Virus record (IMG/VR): IMGVR_UViG_3300042261_001430
Span: 6,589 to 70,588 of that record
Origin: a virus
DNA length: 64,000 nucleotides
Direction: 5' to 3' (one strand)
A model generated the notes under the pieces. That model was given only the letters and a program-made list of their open reading frames with translations, was not told the DNA's origin and did not search any database. This document shows positions 19,863 through 31,026 of this stretch, one piece after another. A program made the position numbers and the translations under genes. Positions within the stretch are counted from its first letter, which is position 1; each line of letters opens with the position of its first letter.

Positions 19863-20789
19863 ATGATATCTGTAGGATTCTTTCATAAAAGTGACATAGA
19901 TGGTCATTGCAGCGGAGCAATTTTGAAGTATTGCATTCCGAATATTGAGTTGATCGCGATCGAACATGGCGACGATTTTCCGTGGGAAAAAATAAAGGAT
20001 GCCGATGAAGTATACATGGTCGATTTTAGCCTTCCGTTGGACGACATGATCAAACTTGCTCAAAAAATTTATGCAAATGGTGGTGAGTTCATTTGGATTG
20101 ATCACCACAAGTCGGCTATCGAAAGATTTGAGGCCAATCGTGATAAGTTTCCAAAAATTAAGGGCTTTAGGTCTGTCGATTTTGCGGCATGTGAGCTGAC
20201 TTGGAGACATCTTGTACCAGATAGGGATGTTCCCAGAGCGGTAGAATTGCTCGGAAAGTATGATACTTGGAGAAAGGGGAACTTGGTTGAGTGGCGGGAA
20301 GGCGTTGTGCCATATGAATACGGTATGCTTACTCGCGAAACAAACCCATCCAGAAATATGGAAATATGGTACGAAATATTTGACAAAAAACCGTTCGCCT
20401 TTATGGACAATCTTGAAATTGGACGTATCATTGACATTGGAAAAAATGTGATGGCGTATTTAGAGAGGCATGATGAAAAGAATGCAAGGCGTGGTGCTTA
20501 TCTCGTAGATATTGACGGGCTTAGAGGAATTGCAATTAATTCGGATACTCATTCTAGCAATGTATTGGAGTCGGTGTATAAGCCTACAGTACATGATGTC
20601 ATGGTAGTATATAGTCATACTCAGGATCAAGATTGGTATGTGTCTCTATATTCTACCAAAGATAGTGTTGATTGCTCTGCGATTGCCTCTAAGTTGGCTG
20701 AACAACAAAAGGGTATTGGTGGTGGCCACAAGGGGGCGGCGGGAATGACCGTGAAAAAGCTACCATTTGAAAAAGTTAAGGAGATATAG
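19863..20789 (+). CDS. DHH/DHHA1 phosphoesterase
   Basis: HKSDIDG, VDFS, IDHHKS, GGGHKGAAG. Confidence 0.9.
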   Translation: MISVGFFHKSDIDGHCSGAILKYCIPNIELIAIEHGDDFPWEKIKDADEVYMVDFSLPLDDMIKLAQKIYANGGEFIWIDHHKSAIERFEANRDKFPKIKGFRSVDFAACELTWRHLVPDRDVPRAVELLGKYDTWRKGNLVEWREGVVPYEYGMLTRETNPSRNMEIWYEIFDKKPFAFMDNLEIGRIIDIGKNVMAYLERHDEKNARRGAYLVDIDGLRGIAINSDTHSSNVLESVYKPTVHDVMVVYSHTQDQDWYVSLYSTKDSVDCSAIASKLAEQQKGIGGGHKGAAGMTVKKLPFEKVKEI

Positions 20790-20791
20790 TA

Positions 20792-21148
20792 GTGGGTGTG
20801 AATTTAAATAAAAATTGTAATACAAAATGTGGTGGGGTTGGATTTATCATCCCCATCATAGCATCGTTAATAACACTTGCGTTGACACATGATATTTATG
20901 TTTCAGCGGCAATTCTTGGTATAGGTATAATATTTAACATATTGATGTGGTTTTCTATCATTCCTGTACTTGGGTTGCTCTTGCAATATTGGGGAGCACA
21001 TAGCCTCTATAATTATGCTATTACTTCTGCCATGATTTCACCAGATGCCATTATCGTACTGGATTCGGTGTATTGGATATTTATCGCAATTGGATTCATT
21101 ATCAACGCATTTGTAACTATTGGTATTCTGTTGGCAGTTAAAAAATAG
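20792..21148 (+). CDS. membrane protein
   Basis: 3-4 hydrophobic helices. Confidence 0.6.
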   Translation: MGVNLNKNCNTKCGGVGFIIPIIASLITLALTHDIYVSAAILGIGIIFNILMWFSIIPVLGLLLQYWGAHSLYNYAITSAMISPDAIIVLDSVYWIFIAIGFIINAFVTIGILLAVKK

Positions 21149-21342
21149 GATAGATGATCATGGAAATTATAGATAAGAGAATCGTACGTATGAAAAGTGG
21201 TGATTATAGGTGCCCATTTAATGATGGCGGTTTTTGCATTCCGTCTTGTCGGGCATTTAGCGAAAGTCTCTCTACGAAATGTTTGGTCCTAGAGGCTGCT
21301 TTTGTTTTCGTAAGTATGAATAAATCTTTGTGAGGATGGACA

Positions 21343-22374
21343 ATGATAGTTAAAAGAAAACTTGCTTCGATTCAAATAGTTAGTGATGTTCAGCCTATTG
21401 ATGGAGCTGATAGAATAGAGGTAGCGCGCGTGCTTAATTGGAATGTAGTCGTTGGAAAGGGAGAGTTCAAGGCCGGTGACAAGTGCGTCTATTGTGAAAT
21501 TGATTCTGTGCTACCAGATTTTGCTGAATATGAATTTCTTAGGAAATCCTGCTATATTGATAAGAACGGGTTCAGAGGGTTTTTGATCAAGACTAAAAAA
21601 ATGAGGGGTATTATCTCACAGGGGTTGGTTTTACCGCTAACCGTTGAATACGGGATCGATGAACTTGCAGTAGGGACTGATGTCACTGACATTCTTGGGA
21701 TTGTGAAATACGACCCACCCCTTCCAGAATGCCTTGGTGGACTTGCTAAGGGCAATTTCCCATCTTGGATACCTTCTACCGATGAACTGCGGATTCAGGG
21801 CACCACGGGCGTATTACAGCGTCACAAAGGCAAGGTCTTCTATGTGACTGAGAAGATTGATGGGGTTTCAGCTACGTACTATCTTAAGGATGGAGAGTTC
21901 GGGGTTTGCTCCCGCAATTTAGAACTCAAAGAAACCGAGTCAAATACTTATTGGCATATCGCTAGAGTGCTGGATATAGAAGGGAAACTAAGACATTTTG
22001 GTATGAATATCGCGATTCAAGGAGAGATCTATGGAAAAGGCATCCAAAGAAATTACGGTCTACCAAATCAGCATTTTAGGGTATACAGTGTTTATGACTT
22101 GGAGAAAAATGAGTATCTTGGGTTCAGGGATGCACTCAGGTTAGTTGAAATGTTAGGTCTTGATTTTGTTCCTATCATTTATGATGTTTTAATCCTGGAT
22201 GAAGATATAAATGTGCTCCTTAAAATGGCATCTGAGTTTCCAAGTGCCATAAATGATGAGTTCGACATGGAAGGAATCGTTGTTAGGTCATACGAAGAGT
22301 CTACTGATATCGAATTAGGTAGATTGAGCTTCAAAGTCATTTCAAACGAAGATTTGATAAAGCGAAAGATATAA
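21343..22374 (+). CDS. ATP-dependent RNA ligase, DRB0094 family
   Basis: N-terminal RKLASIQ..PIDGADRIE..CEIDS..SQGL domain; ligase motifs TEKIDG, QGEIYG, EGIV, FKVIS. Confidence 0.92.
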   Translation: MIVKRKLASIQIVSDVQPIDGADRIEVARVLNWNVVVGKGEFKAGDKCVYCEIDSVLPDFAEYEFLRKSCYIDKNGFRGFLIKTKKMRGIISQGLVLPLTVEYGIDELAVGTDVTDILGIVKYDPPLPECLGGLAKGNFPSWIPSTDELRIQGTTGVLQRHKGKVFYVTEKIDGVSATYYLKDGEFGVCSRNLELKETESNTYWHIARVLDIEGKLRHFGMNIAIQGEIYGKGIQRNYGLPNQHFRVYSVYDLEKNEYLGFRDALRLVEMLGLDFVPIIYDVLILDEDINVLLKMASEFPSAINDEFDMEGIVVRSYEESTDIELGRLSFKVISNEDLIKRKI

Positions 22375-22656
22375 ATGTTAGAATATTTTAAACTAAGTGA
22401 CATTATCCTAGACATAAAATCCCGTCCTGGATATTGGATTACAATGCTCCTTGCTCTAACAGGAGCATATCTTTCTTCTGACTCCTTGGCAGCAATGAGA
22501 GGTTTGGGATTTTTTGTATGGCTATTCTCTAATGGATACCTAGTGCTCCATTTCGATAGGGAAAAAAATGCTCCTATGGTCTTGCAATTTTTCTTGTATG
22601 AGGTATTCAATTTGAGGGGCCTTATCAATAATTGGTTCCCTCAGTACAGTTGGTGA
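22375..22656 (+). CDS. small membrane protein
   Basis: Three hydrophobic segments. Confidence 0.55.
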   Translation: MLEYFKLSDIILDIKSRPGYWITMLLALTGAYLSSDSLAAMRGLGFFVWLFSNGYLVLHFDREKNAPMVLQFFLYEVFNLRGLINNWFPQYSW

Positions 22657-23500
22657 AAAATATGGATGAAGAGAATTATGTAATAGTGTTGCGTGGATGT
22701 GATGATAGTACACACATTCCAATTTATTTAAAAGAGTCCGAAGTTGCTCTTGTTGAACTGATCTGTAAAAAGTCAAGAGAATTTTCAGAATATGCGTGCA
22801 TGCCAATAATGGATTTAGAAACAAAGGCAGAATATGATGGACTACGGAGGTCTTCAAGATGACGATCGTAATTAAAATAACTGATGATTATGGTGTATGT
22901 CATAGTGATATTGGCTATGAAGAAGACGAAATTTATGCAAGAGGTCTTTATCTTGAAGGGAATCAGAAAGATGCGCTCATAAAACTAATTAATAGTGTTA
23001 TTGATCTAATTGATGCCAGTGAATATCCAAAAACGACTGGTGATGAGGATTATACATACAAAGATATTGCAGGGTGTAAATGAATGAGTGAAAAATTTTT
23101 ATGTAAAGACTGTGGAAATCAATATCCTTCAGAAGATGTAATATGTGTTGGATCAAGTATGATAAAGTTACCAGAGCCTAATATGTACATGCATGGCAAA
23201 AATTATTATGTCTGTAAGGAATGCTGGATGAAATCCACTGTAAAAAGCTTATTTCCAAAAAGCAAAATCAGGATAGTGGTCTAGATGGAGAAATTAGAAG
23301 TTAGGTGGCACGATGGATATCTTGAACGATTTCATGATGTGGAGAACTGGAGATGTGGATATTCAACACTGTGGATAAAACATATTACAGGTGAGGAAGA
23401 ATGGATACCACTTGTTTCTGTTAGAAGGTTTTCTTTTTCCAAAGAACACCCATAGATTCGATCGAAAAGTTTAAATAGTATAGTTCCTATACTCTTTTTT

Positions 23501-23875
23501 ATGTATGATTTACTTTTAGGGCACTGGATTGGGGATTATATTCTTCAAACCCATGAAATTGCAACCAATAAGTCCAAGCCCGATGCCAAAGGATTTTGGG
23601 CATGTACCATACACTGTATTTTATATACTATCAGCGTTATGATATGTCTGCTCCCGCTATTTACTAGCAGTACGGTATTTTTGGCTTCAATAGCACTCGT
23701 ATATATAAGCCATTACTTCATAGATAGATATTCAGTTGCATATAAAATTATGGAGATGAAGGGTGGACCTGCCATATCAGAACCATTTGCACCATCTATT
23801 TATATAATTATAGATAACGGTATGCATATAGTACTAATGTATGTAATGTTAACATTAATTGGTGTTACGTTATAA
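23501..23875 (+). CDS. DUF3307-family membrane protein (probably leaderless)
   Basis: LLGHWIGDYILQT...K...HCILY...SHYFID...DNGMH; ATG 31 nt after TTTAAATA. Confidence 0.8.
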   Translation: MYDLLLGHWIGDYILQTHEIATNKSKPDAKGFWACTIHCILYTISVMICLLPLFTSSTVFLASIALVYISHYFIDRYSVAYKIMEMKGGPAISEPFAPSIYIIIDNGMHIVLMYVMLTLIGVTL

Positions 23876-23893
23876 ATAAATGGAGGATAAAAT

Positions 23894-24379
23894 ATGAAGG
23901 CGTTATTTGCAGGGTCTTTTGACCCATTTTCGATTGAGCATAAGTACATTGCAGAATCAGAAGCAGAAGTATTCGAAACTTTATATGTATTGGTAGCAAA
24001 CAATCGCAAAAAGAATAGAATGTTTAGCGATGAAAACCGACTGAAAATCGCTTCGGCGTCTTGTGCTGATATTGAAAATGTCGTTGTGCTATGTGATAAT
24101 AGGCTCGCATTTGAGGTCGCGCATGAAGTCGGAGCTAAGCGCCTTGTTCGTGGGCTGAGATATACAACTGAATATGAAGGTGAGATGCGATTAGCAACCG
24201 GCAACCTGCTAATTGGGGGAATAAAAACAATTGGAGAGTTTTCAAGGACACTTTCAGTTTCATCTACTGATATTAGAGAGCTGATAGCTCACAATCATGC
24301 TGGATGGGAGGCATATGTAGATCCAAAGGCTGTACCAATTATCAAAGATTTGATACTAAGGGGGGAAATCAACCTATGA
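23894..24379 (+). CDS. coaD: CoaD-like phosphopantetheine adenylyltransferase (cytidylyltransferase superfamily)
   Basis: ALFAGSFDPF..EH, LVRGLR...YEGEM, VSSTDIREL. Confidence 0.7.
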   Translation: MKALFAGSFDPFSIEHKYIAESEAEVFETLYVLVANNRKKNRMFSDENRLKIASASCADIENVVVLCDNRLAFEVAHEVGAKRLVRGLRYTTEYEGEMRLATGNLLIGGIKTIGEFSRTLSVSSTDIRELIAHNHAGWEAYVDPKAVPIIKDLILRGEINL

Positions 24380-24781
24380 CCCCTCCCGTTTGTAAGGACT
24401 GTGCATGGTATAGAAAATATAGACTTTTTTGGATCTACCATATGCCACAATTCGATCATTGTGCTTATCCTGCCCTTTCTGATAATATGACTGGTTATGA
24501 ATTAGGTGTCACAACTTGTTACGATTGCCGACATCAGGATTACAATTGCGGGTATAAAGGAAGATGGTTTAGAGATAAGGATGCGAAAAGCCTATGAAAT
24601 TGATGAGAGATGCTGTATACACTTTCAGTAGTAAGGAAAGCCTTGACAAGTTCGTTTCTGAATATGTCGGTTTTATGACAGTTGTTGCTGATAGTGATTG
24701 TTGGTTTGGTGGTGGAAGATGGAATATCCATAGCAAAACGATAAGAGAGATAAAGAAAATTATGACAAGTGGTGATGAAAT

Positions 24782-25162
24782 ATGAAAGTTAGAACTAGAT
24801 TTGTGAGCAATTCAAGCTCGTCTTCGTTCTATTGTCCGATATGCGGTGAAACCGATGAGCGGTATGGAGACGTTAGTATTCAGGAAAACGATATGTATAG
24901 GTGTGAACAAGGACACTCGTTTCATATCGATTGTCTAACAGATGGTCAGAAAATAACATTGGAAGAATTTGCAGATGCTAGGGAATTTTCCCTTGAGAAT
25001 ATACCTAGAGAGCTGTGTCCAATATGTAGTCTAGAAATCATCCCAAAGACATATATGGATGCATATATAAGAAAGACTGTATATATACCTCTGTATGAAG
25101 AGGAAATCCGCGAAGCATTCAAGAACATTGATGAGCTGTACGATTTTATATGGGGAGATTAA
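24782..25162 (+). CDS. conserved viral protein with MKxRxxFVSNSSSSSF N-terminus
   Basis: Characteristic N-terminal motif followed by Cys clusters. Confidence 0.65.
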   Translation: MKVRTRFVSNSSSSSFYCPICGETDERYGDVSIQENDMYRCEQGHSFHIDCLTDGQKITLEEFADAREFSLENIPRELCPICSLEIIPKTYMDAYIRKTVYIPLYEEEIREAFKNIDELYDFIWGD

Positions 25163-26299
25163 ATGAAATCATTTTTTGTCGCGGGCACGTTTGGATCAAA
25201 TCCTAAGAGTTCTAAAATAGCCGAGGAATTTTATAATGGAATTGGAATAGAATTTGATGTCAAGCTCAACGGCGGAGAGTTCAAAGAGTTGATAGAGATA
25301 GCGAACAGAATTAATGATGAAAAACCGGATTTGGTAATTTGGATAGCAAATGTTCCGGAGGATCATGAAAAATTGGTGTTGGGCCTCAAAAAACTGTCTC
25401 CTAAAACTATCTTGGTTACTTCAAAGTTAAATGATAGTGGTAAGTATTCATTCCAAGATATAATTTATCATGGATTAAATATCAAGAGCAATCTTATCGT
25501 TGAAATTCACAAACCAGATGAAAGGTATTATGGCAGGGTTCTTGATCCACTTGGTAATGTTTTTACTGATACAAGTGACTTTTTCGCAATCGGAAAGACA
25601 GTTCAAAAGAGGGTTTTTGACATCATGGAATTTACTAGGGTTCCAAGTAAGTCGATTGGAAATGAAAAATCAGTTGCAGTCGATCGAGATTTCATTCAAT
25701 TAATCAAGGATCGTGCAGTAACTTTCCACGATTGTATACATCCAAACCCAGAGGCAGTGAACCGATTTTTTGGGAATGCATCATTTCGATGTGAGCTTGG
25801 CTTCCCATCATTCAAAAAGGATAAGATGATCTACGTTACGAAACGGAACATAGATAAGCGTTATATTGATCAGGAATGCTTTGTCGCTGTTGACTCATCT
25901 CATGTACACCTCGATAAATGGGATAAAGACGATGATTGCTTTGAGGTAAGATATTATGGGAAACATAAACCATCAGTGGACACCCCAATACAATTATTAC
26001 TGTATCAATATTATAAGAATGCAAAGTATATGATACATTCGCATGCGTATATACTTGGCTGCGATTTTACCAGTGATATAATTCCTTGTGGAAGTTTAGA
26101 AGAGGCTTCCGAGGTATTTAGAGTGGTTCCTGGAAGAAACATGGTAAACTTTGGAATAAATTTAAATGGACATGGATCAATTGTGGTTGCTGACAACGTA
26201 GAGTTTATGAAAAATGTCAAGTATGTCGCAAGGTCTATACCTGAATATCAAGGTGGATATCTGTGGTATCCTAAGAAGGTAGGCAACGAGGTGGCATAA
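25163..26299 (+). CDS. class II aldolase/adducin-domain protein
   Basis: GNASFR, KPSVDTPIQ..LY...IHSH, GHGSIV. Confidence 0.7.
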   Translation: MKSFFVAGTFGSNPKSSKIAEEFYNGIGIEFDVKLNGGEFKELIEIANRINDEKPDLVIWIANVPEDHEKLVLGLKKLSPKTILVTSKLNDSGKYSFQDIIYHGLNIKSNLIVEIHKPDERYYGRVLDPLGNVFTDTSDFFAIGKTVQKRVFDIMEFTRVPSKSIGNEKSVAVDRDFIQLIKDRAVTFHDCIHPNPEAVNRFFGNASFRCELGFPSFKKDKMIYVTKRNIDKRYIDQECFVAVDSSHVHLDKWDKDDDCFEVRYYGKHKPSVDTPIQLLLYQYYKNAKYMIHSHAYILGCDFTSDIIPCGSLEEASEVFRVVPGRNMVNFGINLNGHGSIVVADNVEFMKNVKYVARSIPEYQGGYLWYPKKVGNEVA

Positions 26300-26507
26300 A
26301 ACATGGTAAATGATCTTAAGCCAAATGCTGTCAAGTTTATAGCAAAGGAATCGGAGTCTAGAGAACAGTTGGAATATAACCTTGGAAGAATACAGCTTGA
26401 AATCGTTGGTTATTCAGAAGATGACTTTCACAAGAATTTTTATCCAAACCACTCTAAAGAGCGTCTAGCTGAACTATCAAAACGATTCTCCGAGATGGTG
26501 ACAAAAT

Positions 26508-26870
26508 ATGAAACAAGAGCTGATTAAAGGTCTTGGGATCATGATTCATAACTGTGATTTTCCCGATTGTAAAAATCGGGTGCGCAGTGAAGGAACATGG
26601 CATCAAACCTGTTTTTTATGTCATCGAGATTTTTGTGATGAACATGGGAAAAAATTTACAATAGATAGCGGTGGTGTGTGGGACGATCCTACACAACTGT
26701 TCTTATGCTGTGAGTGCCTTGCAGCACCCAACGAAGATATGAAGGAATTTTTGAAGGCACACGAAGAATATGTTTGGATAAATAATGATCGCATATTTGA
26801 GTTAGAAGAAATTATGTCAAAGTACTTTATAAAGTATAGAAAGGAGATAGGAAATAATGGGACTTATTGA
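26508..26870 (+). CDS. Cys-rich Zn-finger protein
   Basis: CDFPDC..CFLCHRDFCDEH..CCEC. Confidence 0.55.
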   Translation: MKQELIKGLGIMIHNCDFPDCKNRVRSEGTWHQTCFLCHRDFCDEHGKKFTIDSGGVWDDPTQLFLCCECLAAPNEDMKEFLKAHEEYVWINNDRIFELEEIMSKYFIKYRKEIGNNGTY

Positions 26871-27380
26871 AACAACTATAGATGTATTTATTTGGTTAAT
26901 AACGGCAATAATATCATTAGTTTTATATATAATGGCTGCGATTGGATTCGGGGCTCTAATACATATTGGCTGGAATCTTGTAGGATAGGAAGCCAATATT
27001 TTTTTTTCTTGGTTACGTTAACTATTAATCATTAATGTGTATATCAATAATTATAATTAATTGATGATCATGATATATGTTGCTACACTTTTTAAAAATA
27101 GTATTAAAAATGCATGGGATGTCCTAATGTCTTTGGATGCCATGAAACGATATCAACAGACTGAAAATGGTGGGGTTAAGGGCATTTTTTCCCACTTCCC
27201 ACTATATAGAAAATGGGGGTGTTATATTTAGATACCGTAGTAAATGCCCTTATGCCGTATACTGATATTGATAATAGCATATAGCTATGCTATATATGAG
27301 CTATAGTTATAAATCATGATATAATGTAGAATAGAAGGGAAGGGAAAGTTATAAATAAGAATAAGGATTGGATACTATCA

Positions 27381-27686
27381 ATGACTGATATCTTTGAGTA
27401 TTTGGAAGCGTGTGGGTATCCAAGAGACACTTTAAATGGGGACCACGAAAAGGCGGTTAAAATTCTAATGGATTCTCATGCAAAACAAAGGGCCATCATA
27501 CAAGCGAATACGGATACAGTAAAAGATAAGTTGATAGCAGAGCTTAAGGCAGATCTCGAATTCGCCAGAAAAGATAGGGACAATATATATGACAAGTATG
27601 AGAGTGCCTTGGATACATTCCTTTCCGCCCTTGAAATAAAGGAGGAAAAGATAAAAATTCTTCAAGGAGGCAGTTGCCTTGATTGA
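27381..27686 (+). CDS. coiled-coil hypothetical protein (probably leaderless)
   Basis: ATG 32 nt after TTATAAATA. Confidence 0.6.
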   Translation: MTDIFEYLEACGYPRDTLNGDHEKAVKILMDSHAKQRAIIQANTDTVKDKLIAELKADLEFARKDRDNIYDKYESALDTFLSALEIKEEKIKILQGGSCLD

Positions 27687-27946
27687 AGAAATTCTAATCC
27701 CTTATTGCGATTTCAATGATTGGAGGCAGTTAGTGGTTTATCGTGATTTTAGAGAGGGTTATGCCGACGAATTTATCTTAATTCGCGATACGGTATTAGA
27801 TGACAGTGAATACCCAATCGATTCTAGGATCGAGGTGGTTACCAGTATCGGTATTAGCACTGGAACAGGAGACTCAATAACGGTTGAGATGAAGAGCACG
27901 GTATTTTGACACCACGACCGAAGGATTGATATACTGACATAGCATA

Positions 27947-28642
27947 TTGTGTATTGGGTTGAAGTACATGGAAAACGAAAATTATGAGAAGATCGGAAAA
28001 GAGATGTATATCAACTTAGATATCTGCCCAATATGTCACACATTAATATACAATTATCGCACAAAAAACAATGCAGATATGTGGGTCACTGTATATGATG
28101 ACATGAGCTTCCATAGATTTGGAAATCACAACAATTACGTAGCATGGCATGATTGCGTAGTTGATAAGAGAGAGTCTGAAATCAGAACCAGAAAGCACAT
28201 CAACTGTATTAAGGTAGGTGAAAATATAAAGGAGATGACACCGAATCTCCTTCAGCAACAGGCATTGATGGTTGCATTAGGATATGGAAGGGTCCGGTCC
28301 ACATTTAAGAAAGCGATGAAAACTCAGGCGTATGATTACATGAATGGTAATGGTAAGTATGCCAATCCATTTAGCCATCTTCAAGCCATATACATAGTAT
28401 TAGGAAATGTATTTGGCACTGATTATAACGAGCATGTTGAAGTGCAGAACGCCGAAAGTCAGGAAAAGGCAAGAATAGTAATCATGACAAAGATAAACGA
28501 GTTAACTGATCGAATGGAAGATTATAGAAGCCTTGCAAACGAACCATTACTTTCTAACATATTGCGAGAGGATTACCAACGAAGAGCAGAGAAGACAAAA
28601 AACGAGATAGATATACTAGAATCGGAATTGAATCACATTTAA
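27947..28642 (+). CDS. hypothetical protein
   Basis: 231 aa; CPIC and a C-terminal coiled coil. Confidence 0.6.
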   Translation: MCIGLKYMENENYEKIGKEMYINLDICPICHTLIYNYRTKNNADMWVTVYDDMSFHRFGNHNNYVAWHDCVVDKRESEIRTRKHINCIKVGENIKEMTPNLLQQQALMVALGYGRVRSTFKKAMKTQAYDYMNGNGKYANPFSHLQAIYIVLGNVFGTDYNEHVEVQNAESQEKARIVIMTKINELTDRMEDYRSLANEPLLSNILREDYQRRAEKTKNEIDILESELNHI

Positions 28643-28681
28643 CCGAAATCTATTTATAGTATCGTGATGAGAGTATGGTGT

Positions 28682-29020
28682 ATGAAATGCTTGAAATGTG
28701 GTCACTGCTGCAAGTTTTATTCCGTGGTTATTGTTCTTGATCCTGATAAGATCAAGGGCAATTCCATAGGTGAAGAGGATGTAGACAACTTTGCTGTCCA
28801 TGATGGAATGGGTGTGCCATGTCCACATCTGAGGGGCAACGAGGCAGGGAAATATTCCTGCGCAATACACGACAAACCGTGGTACGGGGAAACGCCATGC
28901 GCGCAGTTTGGACAAATTGAGTCCTCACCCGATGAGGATTGCCGTGTAGGTCGATATATTATGGAAAAGATGGGCGTGATTATCAATGATGAGCATATTA
29001 GTCATATCCATGCTCCTTAA
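28682..29020 (+). CDS. YkgJ-family CxxCxxCC Zn/Fe-chelating protein
   Basis: CLKCGHCC...CPHL...CAIH; ATG 31 nt after TATTTATA. Confidence 0.75.
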   Translation: MKCLKCGHCCKFYSVVIVLDPDKIKGNSIGEEDVDNFAVHDGMGVPCPHLRGNEAGKYSCAIHDKPWYGETPCAQFGQIESSPDEDCRVGRYIMEKMGVIINDEHISHIHAP

Positions 29021-29246
29021 TTCGACAGCAAGTGGGATAGGTACCATCTCCCAAGATGTATCGGATGGGGATAATGATGCCATCCTAAACCTGAGCGGTC
29101 TTAATGCCGTTCTGAGCGAACATAGGATTGACTTGGAGCATGGGATAGTGCCGGAGGGATTCGCGTCTACCAAAAAGAGGAACAATGCCACACATATAAT
29201 TAAGTTTAAATTGAACTAATTATTTTTGGAAGGAGTTAATTAAATT

Positions 29247-30866
29247 ATGAATCATTGTTTTGACTATTATAATCCGTATCCATCATTTCGTACTGGACAA
29301 TCGGAACAAATCAATAATGTTATTGATGCCTATAATAGTGGATATAAGGCATGCACATTGAAAGTGCCAACCGCTGGAGGAAAATCACTAACTGGTTATA
29401 TACTTATGAACAAATTTGCCGAGGGGTATCTTGCTGAATACGATTTTAAGTCTAAATACGATAAGGATGCGCAGCTTCAGAGAGCTTTGTATACAACCCC
29501 ACAAATAAATTTGGTTGAGCAACTTCGCGGGAATACTCTATTCAAGATGCCAGTTATTATTGGAAAGAGCAATTATGAGTGCTCAGTCTTTCATGGATAT
29601 AATGCTGACGATTGTCCATATGAAAATTCAAAGTCGCCTCATGCTAAATGCAAATCATGTGTATACAAAATGGATAAGTATCTATTCAATAATAGTTGTA
29701 TAGGAGCAGAGACATTCGATAGGTTCTATTTGGATGCTAATACACGGGCTAATACAAAGTTCCTATTTATCGATGAATCAGCAACACTGTTTGATTGTTT
29801 AGTTAGTAAAAGCGAGTTAAGACTCCCAGAAATAATAGTAGGTGAAGACGGTCTTTTCCAAGAACTAAACAAGTATTTCAAATTGATTGTTGAACGCACA
29901 ATTTCTCTCAAAGAGACCTATGATAAGGCAAGAAAAGCTCTTGGAGATAGTACAGACAAGAAGCTAGCAAATGATGCAAAGCAGGCAAAGAGGGCATACA
30001 ATGCCTCATATAATGAACAAAAACGAGTTGCAAACGTATTGAATTATTTAAATCGTTCGATACCATATGTTATATATGACAAGGAAGATATAATTTTTGA
30101 TCGGAGCACAAAAGAAAAAACAAGCATCGTGAGAAAATATTTTAAATTATTGGATGCCAAGTATATATTTGAAGATATGATCACTGGAATGGATTTTGTA
30201 GTTTTAGCTAGCGGAACACCATCAAGTGAGTTGGTTGTACCAAATAAAATTAGGCATTGCTATATAAATATGCCTCACCCGATCGATGTCAGTCAAAGAC
30301 TTGTATATTACCATAAGAATGTTGGTTCTGGTAAGGCAGCGTCTAGAAAAATTTCCGCACCAAATGCCGCATACAAGATCATGGAATTGCACAATAAATA
30401 TAATAAACATACGATAGTCCACTGTGGGACATACGAATATGCTCAACTTATTTATAACGAGCTGACAGACTTGCATCCTAATGTGGTCTTGCAGAAAGAG
30501 GGACATCGAGAGGAATGTCTGAGCATGTGGCAGTCTATTCCAGACTCTATATTCCTTTCTGTGAAATTTACTGATGGTTTGGATTTAGCAGGGCCTGAAT
30601 ATCCAATTGGAATAATTGCGGGTCTTAATTTTCCAAATATTGGGGATGCTTGGATCTCAAAAAGGAACAAGCTTGACAATTCACAGTGGTACAATATACA
30701 AGTGGCAAATAGTATTATTCAAGCATGTGGACGTAACACAAGAAATGAAAAGGATTTTGGCGAAGTCCATATAATTGATAACAGTTTTGGAAGGCATTAT
30801 GGACAGCATAAGAACTCTTACTATAATTATGACTGGTTCAAAGAGGCAATCAGGTATGTTCAATGA
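29247..30866 (+). CDS. XPD/DinG-family SF2 helicase
   Basis: Q motif FRTGQ, PTAGGKS, FeS-type Cys cluster, FIDES, ASGT, DGLD, QACGRNTR. Confidence 0.88.
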   Translation: MNHCFDYYNPYPSFRTGQSEQINNVIDAYNSGYKACTLKVPTAGGKSLTGYILMNKFAEGYLAEYDFKSKYDKDAQLQRALYTTPQINLVEQLRGNTLFKMPVIIGKSNYECSVFHGYNADDCPYENSKSPHAKCKSCVYKMDKYLFNNSCIGAETFDRFYLDANTRANTKFLFIDESATLFDCLVSKSELRLPEIIVGEDGLFQELNKYFKLIVERTISLKETYDKARKALGDSTDKKLANDAKQAKRAYNASYNEQKRVANVLNYLNRSIPYVIYDKEDIIFDRSTKEKTSIVRKYFKLLDAKYIFEDMITGMDFVVLASGTPSSELVVPNKIRHCYINMPHPIDVSQRLVYYHKNVGSGKAASRKISAPNAAYKIMELHNKYNKHTIVHCGTYEYAQLIYNELTDLHPNVVLQKEGHREECLSMWQSIPDSIFLSVKFTDGLDLAGPEYPIGIIAGLNFPNIGDAWISKRNKLDNSQWYNIQVANSIIQACGRNTRNEKDFGEVHIIDNSFGRHYGQHKNSYYNYDWFKEAIRYVQ

Positions 30867-31026
30867 GAGAACAAAGAACAAGACCTTATTTTTTGAGGAT
30901 TATTATGATACCTCGATTGATGAATTTGATACTACAGAAGAAGTTGATCAGTTTATTGAAAGTAAGACAGGAAAAAAACTAAAAGTGGTAAGAATTAAAA
31001 CAAATATATTATAAATTGGTGATATT

